The translations under genes and the position numbers were made by a program. A stretch of 64,000 nucleotides of DNA from Octopus vulgaris (lineage: Eukaryota): assembly GCA_951406725.2 (NCBI GenBank), contig OX597838.1:1550001-1614000 (forward strand), read 5' to 3'. Shown here piece by piece: positions 56,002 to 64,000 of the stretch; position 1 is the first letter of the stretch; each line of letters starts with the position of its first letter. The notes below the pieces were generated by a model that had not been told where the DNA came from, ran no database searches, and saw only the letters and a program-made list of their open reading frames with translations.

Positions 56002-56842
56002 GAATTATGAATGGTTGATGGCGAAACACACAAAGATAGATAATTATGGTATATCAATGTAAAGAACAAGAAATAAATACAGACAGATTGGTGATGAGAG
56101 AGATAAATATATAACTATTTCGATATCTTGATAGCTTGATGAAATAACGAGTGATGGGCATAGATGGACAGACAAACACAATTAGATAGAGGGGTGGAGG
56201 GAGATAAAACCAAAGTTAATAACTTTTAAATTCCATCATTTCTTGCCACAGCCAACGGATCTGGCTATCCATCGCCATCGGAATTTTTGAAGAAAATTTC
56301 GCCCTAATTCTTCCAATTAAGTGGCAATTACTATATTATTGTGGAGATAGCGGAATATTCGTTCGTGATGCTACAGAACTAATTCTGTCTAATTGAATTT
56401 CTCAGTTGTTCAGCGGGCAAATAATACAAGCTATTCGGTAAAATGCCTAAATATACCATTTATACTGTATCCTTTTGTCTTTTTCATTAGAAAACCTATT
56501 ATAAGCTTGTTAAGTGAATTATATCAATGTAAGACATTCTGATTTGGTTGAGTAAGTAACGTAGTGGCAGCGCCGTAACAGCGCCTGAATTGCATCCAGT
56601 CACTGCAGATGAAGAGAACATACCTAGCACTCATTTCTGAGCGAAAAACTTTCAATGTTTCTTTATCTTTATTTTGTCGATTTTGTTGTTATAGATTAGC
56701 ATTGCCATATTAAGGATTTTCAATTATTCATAAACTGAATTTCCATTCATACATAACTGAAACGGACCAGTGAACTTGGTGGATATAATCATATCTCATA
56801 AGCAATAATAAATAGCCAATAAAAGCCTTGTTATATATTCTA

Positions 56843-57270
56843 TTCTATTCTAGGCACAAGGCCCGAAATTTCGGGGGAGGGGGCTAGTCGATTAAATCGG
56901 CCCCAGTACGCAACTGGCACTTAATTTATCGACCCCGAAATATTGAAAGGCAAAGTCATCCTCAACGGAATTTGAACTCAGAACGTAAAGACAGACGAAA
57001 TACCGCTAAGCATTTCGCCCGACGTGCTAACGTTTCTTATTTCTTTATTGGCCACAAGGGGCTAAACATAGAGAGGACAAACAAGGACAGACAAACGGAT
57101 TAATTCGATTACATCGAACCCAGTGCACAACTGGCTATTAATTTATCGACCCCGAAAGGATGAAAGGTAAAGTCGACCTCGGCGGAATTTGAACTCAGAA
57201 CGTAAAGACAGACGAAATACCAGCAAGCATTTCGCCAGGTGTGTTAAAGTTTCTGCCAGCTCGCTACCTT
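56843..57270 (-). mobile_element. Dimeric SINE family 1
   Basis: Two consecutive bodies with different tails and only one complete head; probable TSD at 56824-56839 / 57271-57287. Confidence 0.85.
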
Positions 57271-58447
57271 AGTCTTGTTAAATATTTCAATAGTTTCTAA
57301 TGGCTGAGTGAGAGCAAGAAGAAGCAACAACTGATGGTTTATGGTCCTCGCTTGGGTTTGGCCAACCCTGCTCCTGGTTTGGGCTCTATTAAGGTTACTT
57401 GCTTGATTGGTGCTTTCATTCAATCAGACTTTGAAAGGTTGTCTCGAGCCTCATCCCTTGAAAGTATGAGGGAAATTTTTTGCTGACTAATTCTGAATAG
57501 TAACATAGAAACTCCCCAACGGATTCTGAATAAATAGGCATTTATAAATCCTACGTCGGGAGTTGAGTGCCTCTGTCCGTAACGCAACATCATTCGATCA
57601 CAAAACTATCTCATACCATAATGCATATACGTTGTTAGCCTTCCTTTTACTGCAACATTGTCACCTAAATTAAAACATCCTGTGAGATGTTATCTTAAAG
57701 AAGGTGAATTTAAAAGTCACAAGACAAATCTTTATATAAGGAAGCGAAATTTCGTTGACCTATGTATTAACTTTTAGATTGAGTGACAGTCAAAGGGGGT
57801 GAACAAAAACATTGAATGTCAGGAGTAAGACAACAAGATATCTGATGAGTGTAAAGATTAAAGTATTCATTGGCTTCGGTATGAACAAGGGGTGCCAGTA
57901 ATACACTTACCTAATTAATAAACAGGAGTACGAATGTTATTTATTAACAGACGTCAACAATATCTCAGTTGAGGTAGGTGTATCGATAGAGACCGTCTTT
58001 GACTGGCAGATGTGTGGCTATTGAGCCGGACAGAGGGTATATGTCACCAATCCTATGCATAAGAATGGTCAGACTCATAACTGCCAATTGTGAGATAAAG
58101 AAACACACTGTAGTTATGTAGTGCTACCGCTGCTTGCAGGGAGACATCTTAATGTAGGATGCAGCTTGGTGGAGTGGATCAGGCATGAATGAAATATATT
58201 AAGCACAAGTATGTTATGGTTCTAGGGTTAAAATAACCGCCAGCCCTTCAACCGCAAAACTATCGAGAGGAATGAATGAAAAGGTCCTCTCTGATAATGT
58301 TGTGCTTTAGGGTACCGGGTGGCAAAAAACGGGTTCACCAGTCAACTAAACATCAGGGTGGATGACAATTTGAAAAACTTGGATGAAACGAGATTATTCA
58401 AGGAATTGTTAGATGTTGTTGATGTATATGAATCTGATGACGACGAC

Positions 58448-58479
<32 letters not shown>

Positions 58480-58905
58480 GGAGGAGGAGGAGGAGGAGGA
58501 CGGGGAGGAAGGGGTGGAGAGGGATAGTGATAATGAAAAAGACGTTCATGACGATGATGATACGGTGATAATGATGATCATGATGATACTGAGGACAATG
58601 ACGGTGATGGTGGCGGCGGTGGTAGTGGTGGTGGTGGTGGTGGTGGTGGTGGTAGCGTTGCTGTGAAAGACCAGGAAAATCGCTCTTAAAATATTTTTGG
58701 TTTTTATGTAAGAATCACTCTTGAAAAAACCGATTCTGCCAATATATTTAATCGAAGATGGCAAAGTCTTGGGAAAAAAATTATACGAAATCTGAGAGAG
58801 AATGAAAGAGAAAGAAAGAGAGAGAAAAAAGGGAAAATAACGAAATCTGTATTTATATATATCTATAGACTTACATATATGTTCGAGTGTTGTGTATACG
58901 CACAC

Positions 58906-58947
<42 letters not shown>

Positions 58948-58996
58948 CATACATATATATACATATATATACATATATATATATCTATATATCTAT

Positions 58997-59053
<57 letters not shown>

Positions 59054-59261
59054 AAGAGAGGAGGTGGAATTTGGGGAGGTAACGAAGAACTACAATCACT
59101 AACAGTATAGATAATATAGAAAAGAAATCTAAGGAAGGCAGAAATTGCAGACAAAAGATACGAAAACTTGAGGCTAAATATCAGAAATACGAGTAAAAAA
59201 TCATTTAAAGAAATATTTTTAGTAACACTTCAGACTTGAAGAAGGTTATCATAATATAGTT

Positions 59262-59484
<223 letters not shown>

Positions 59485-60340
59485 TATCTATTTATCATTC
59501 ATTTACTTATTTCTCTCGAGCTTTGGTATAGGTTACTGCCAAAACCAGATAAAGGACTGCTACGAAGTCAGATAATTGGATCTGTACTGAACAACTGAAC
59601 AACAGATACTTTAGGTACACGTGGCTCGTTGAGCTTTCTTGTTTTTGTTTATATTTGGTTTTATCAATGTTGTTGTTGTTTTCTGCCGTCCTTTATTTTT
59701 TCAATCTGTAGTAGGCTTATTAGTAAAAGGATTCCGGCCATGATTTCTCCGTTTTGTTTATAAACAGCCTATTCACAACTTTATTCGTAATTGTGTTCAT
59801 TTCTCCACAACACGATCGCCAAACTAGGAAAGAAAACTCTGAAAAAAGTTCAGCATAATGAATGTTGTGGATGATATAGCTGTGTCACGTGATGATGTGA
59901 ATTGAACAGGATTTGAGTGCTATTTCTAGCAGGTGAATTGACCTCATACAGCCGACCCTTCTGCCCAATTATATGGTTTAATCATTCTTCTTACTTTGCA
60001 ATTTCGTCTGCCTCCGTGGTTGATGTTACGTCGTATACACGCGGGCGACGAAAAAGTTCTACCTCGTCTCTCGATCAGCTTGAAATAGCAAGCACAATCT
60101 TCCTCAAATCACACACCTCTAACTTTAGAAAATGGGAAACGTTGAAAAATATTGTCCCAGATGAGCTGCGTCAGAGGAAGATAGAAAAAAAATTGTCACG
60201 AGTAGAATGCTGCTGATTACCAGACTGTTAGATATAGATTAACTGGGGTTTATCAACAAGATTAAGAAATAGATATACTATATATTATATTGAAAAAGCG
60301 ACAGAAAGTATCCAGTAAAACTGTAGCAGGGAGTGGAGTA

Positions 60341-60375
60341 TCTAACGTTTCGTACAAAGTCCTTCTTCAAGGTAA
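60341..60375 (-). ncRNA. Degenerate minimal hammerhead ribozyme
   Basis: Minus strand CC-TTGAAGA-AGGAC-TTT-GTAC-GAAAC-GTT: one core substitution, palindromic AACGTT. Confidence 0.55.
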
Positions 60376-60659
60376 AGATGACAGAAAAGTAGAATCAAAA
60401 GGAAGCAAAGCTTTACAACTTTTATGTTTAAGAAACTGACTGCAACTTATGGGGAACGCAAGACAGCATAAGTTTGCATATATAGAGAGAAAGTAGTAGG
60501 AGAGAGAAAGAGGATACGTGTGTGTATGTGTGTGAGAGAGCAAGAGGTATAGAGAGAAAATGATAGAGAAATGAAAAGAGGAAGTGAAGCAGGTGAGAGT
60601 AAGGTGAAAGGAAAAATTAAGGTGTGATAGATAACTGCTGGTGGATAAAAATGGAATTA

Positions 60660-60840
60660 CTGAATTCAGTGTTAGGGTGTGTGTGTGTGTGTGTGGGGGC
60701 GTTTATATAAACGTGTCTGTGTCATAGTTCCGAGTGCGAATATGAAACGTTATTCCTTGTGTTTCCAGGATATGTAGAGATGCTAGACATTAATAAATCG
60801 GTGATGGAATGACCCATTGTGTTGAAGTGGGTGGTGACAG
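60660..60840 (-). mobile_element. Penelope-like GIY-YIG endonuclease C-terminal remnant
   Basis: Minus strand VTTHFNTMGHSITDL....RFIFALGTM..NTEF resembles PV..HFN..GHS..D..E..I..L.T..P.GLN. Confidence 0.6.
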
Positions 60841-61859
60841 ATTGTTCTGGAATATAATATACCAATTATACTAATTATACTAATTATATTTGATATATAC
60901 TATATTCTATACAATGCACCAAGCAGTATATACGGAATATACAATATTATGAAGTTGCTGGAAGGAAGTAGTGGCTTCGGTTAAAAATGGTGAATTTACG
61001 TTGTGTGAGAAGTATGTGTGTGTAGGTGCATGTGTGTGTATGTGTGTGTATATGCGTGTGCATATGTGTGTGTAGTGTGTGTATAAGAGTGTGTGTAAGT
61101 GTGTGTGTGCAAGTGCGTGTGTATGTGTGCGTAAGTGCGTGTGTGCATGTGTGTGTGTGTATGTGTGTGTGTATGTGTATGTGCGCATGTGTGTGTAAGT
61201 GTGTATGGGTGGGCGTGCATGTGTGTATGTGTGTGAATGTGTGTGTTTGTAAGTGTGTAGTCATTGGAGTTAGTATTATTGTCGGTTGTTGTGGTAGCAG
61301 AGATGAAGGGGATGGTGCTAGCGGGGAGGATAGTAATGATGTCCACGACAATATTGATAATGAAAGTAACGTTGATGATGATGATGGTGATGATGATGGT
61401 GGTGGTGGTAACGGCGGCAGCGGCGGCGGCGGCGGTGGTGATAGCAGAAGTGGCACTTCAACAGGTAATGAAAAGAATTAAAATAAAAATTCTTCGAATG
61501 AGTGTTTTGGGGTGGGGTCGATGTCGATGTGGAGTAGAGAGATGCTTAAAGATTGTAAGGTGATTCGAAGATAAGGTGGACGGGGAGGGAGGAAGGTGTA
61601 TTTTTTTGGTATAAGGAATCCAATGGATCTGGGTCGAAATGCCAGAGGCAATGGGTTAAGTTAATTAACTTGGAATCTGAAGTTCTATACACGCCATTAC
61701 AGCTGAACGAACGAACAATGAACAAAGAAAGGGAACGGCAGGAAAGCACCAATGCCTGCACCTATATAGATATATATATATAGGTCTATATGAATATATA
61801 TAGGTATACGTCTATCTATCTATCTATCTATCTATCTACCTATCTATCTATCATCTATA

Positions 61860-61952
<93 letters not shown>

Positions 61953-62022
61953 GTCTGTCTGTCAGTCAGTCTGTCTGTCTGTCTGTATGTATGTAGTTAT
62001 ACATTCATGTATGCGTAAACAC

Positions 62023-62077
<55 letters not shown>

Positions 62078-62232
62078 ATCCCCACTCATAGCCTTACATA
62101 TATGCACGCACTTATTCAATCATATTTACAAATAAACCGTAAAAGTTGGACGAAAATGCTAGATTTTGAATACAAACATTATCAAGTTAGACAAAAAGAA
62201 AACCAATGCAGATAGGCATGCACACATGTGTA

Positions 62233-62267
<35 letters not shown>

Positions 62268-62320
62268 AAGTGTGTATGTATATATGCATATATATATATA
62301 TATATATGTGTATATATATA

Positions 62321-62361
<41 letters not shown>

Positions 62362-62494
62362 TTATATATATATATTTACGTTAATACATATATAGAAGAA
62401 CGTATACATTATGTCATTAAAATATATACAGGAACACACAAACACGCACGTATACAGAACGATGTATCTCTTTTTCTTTCTCTTTTTTCTCTTT

Positions 62495-62888
62495 TACTTG
62501 CTTCAGTCATTTAACTGCGGCCATGCTGGAGCACCGCCTTTAGTCGAGCAAATCGACCCCGGACTTAGTCTTTGTAAGCCCAGTACTTATTCTATCGGTG
62601 TCTTTTTGCCGAACCGCTTAGTGGCGGGGACATAAACGCACTAGCATCGGTTGTCAAGCAATGCGAGGGGGACAAACACATACACACAAACATACACACA
62701 CACAAATACATATATACATATATACGACGGGCTTCTTTCAGTTTCCGTCTACCAAATCCACTCACAAAGCTTCGGTCGGCCAGAGGCTATAGTAGAAGAT
62801 ACTTGCCGAAGATGCCACGCAGTGAGACTGAACCCGAAACAATGTGGTTGGTAAGTAAGCTACTTATCACACAGCCACTCCTACGCCT
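62495..62888 (-). mobile_element. SINE family 2, near full length
   Basis: Minus-strand head GGCGTAGGAGTGGCTGTGTGATAAGTAGCTT..GGGTTCAGTC, internal TG tract, tail ending AGTTAAATGACTGAA. Confidence 0.88.
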
Positions 62889-63239
62889 ACATATAGGTAC
62901 AAAATGTATAGAATTTAGTAAGTATATATGTTTCTCACTGTGTGTCTATATGTACGCACGCACGCACACGCACTCACATACACGCACACACACACGCACA
63001 CACACCTATTTATAGCCAATCTTAAACGTATGCATGGTGTCTGTGATTTAAGCGTCTAGAAATTGTTATTGATAGAATGGAGCAAATATCTCCGGGTGTT
63101 TATAATATAACCTCTTCTATATTTCACTGACTCAAACGATATATAACAGCTGCTACCCTTTCATATGGCACAAGAAACGCTCCGTCTTGTATTGAGAACC
63201 TTATAGAAATCCACTGCCCGAAGGTCGTATATACATACA

Positions 63240-64000
63240 TTCGAGGCTTGTTCATTAAAGATTTCTCTTGACCCACTTGCCGGGACTGGAACAAATGAAG
63301 CTTGGCATAATGATTAGTCCTTCTCTAGATGGCCACCACCAATGGTGACACACTTCTCTCATCGCTTTATGCAGCTGAGAAGACCTTATCTGTAGAGGTC
63401 GGTAGGTTGCGTCTGGAGTCAAGACTTTACCTCAGAAATAAGTTCATCATTTATCCGAAAAGTGCTTCCCCTTCAAAAAAGACTTCATGGTTGGAAAGAG
63501 GTGGAAGTCAGATGGTGCGAGGTTAGGAGAGTAAGGGGAATGAAGAAGGATTTCCTAGCCGCAGGAGTATGCTTTCATCTGCGCATCGTGAACTGGAACG
63601 TTGCCTTGGAGGAGGCGGACTATTTTTGTCAGCATGTCACACCTCTCTGCTTTAAAGATGTCCCGCAATTTCTGCAGCAGAGAAGCATAATATGCCCCGT
63701 TAATTGTGGTGTCCTTTGCCAGAAAATCCATCATCACTAGTTCGCGCTAGTCCCAAAAGACTGTGAGCATCACTTTGCCTGCAAAGGGTTGGACACGAGC
63801 CTTCTTTGGAGGATGTAAGTTATCATGCTCCCATTGCTTCGACTGGACTTTAGTCTCAGGATCATAGTGATGGACCCATGTTCCACCTTGTGTGATAAGT
63901 CTGCTGAAAAAGTCCTCTTCGTTTTCTTGGTACATTGTCAAATGAGCCTGGTAGCAGTTAATCCGTTCCTGCTTTTGAAAAGTTGTGAGAAAAAGGGGAG
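63240..64000 (-). mobile_element. Decayed mariner transposon (runs off the window edge)
   Basis: TWVHHYDPETKVQSKQW, AGKVMLTVFWD, TINGAYYASLL and SPNLAPSDFHLF motifs with stops and frameshifts; TIR-like CGAGGCTTGTTCATTAAA at 63242. Confidence 0.88.

Noticed and set aside
57850-58070. Possible GIY-YIG relic on the minus strand (HICQS.RRSL)
   Set aside because: Requires several frameshifts and substitutions; similarity too weak by eye.

Overview
Eukaryotic, AT-rich DNA saturated with microsatellites. The SINE families and repeat spectrum suggest an octopus/coleoid cephalopod genome (inference, not verified). The only host coding sequence I can support is one large exon (about 50895/50937-52048, +) of a cyclic nucleotide-gated (CNG) channel alpha-type subunit, covering the N-terminus, S1-S5 and the pore TTIGD; its S6/CNBD exons were not found in the window. 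The rest is intronic or intergenic: three tRNA-derived SINE families, a 5S rRNA pseudogene, Tc1/mariner relics and MITEs, a hAT MITE, a non-autonomous Helitron, RTE/CR1/R4-like LINE fragments and Penelope-like elements (PLEs). The most notable signal is a hidden layer of hammerhead ribozyme (HHR) motifs. I read about nine of them, from about seven unrelated sequence families, and four keep an intact CUGANGA/GAAA/UH core. They sit beside PLE coding remnants or inside short fold-back elements with inverted HHR-associated ends, mostly next to (TA)n tracts. One such element lies just upstream of the CNG exon. Almost all other ORFs in the track are microsatellite artefacts. All alignments were done by eye.
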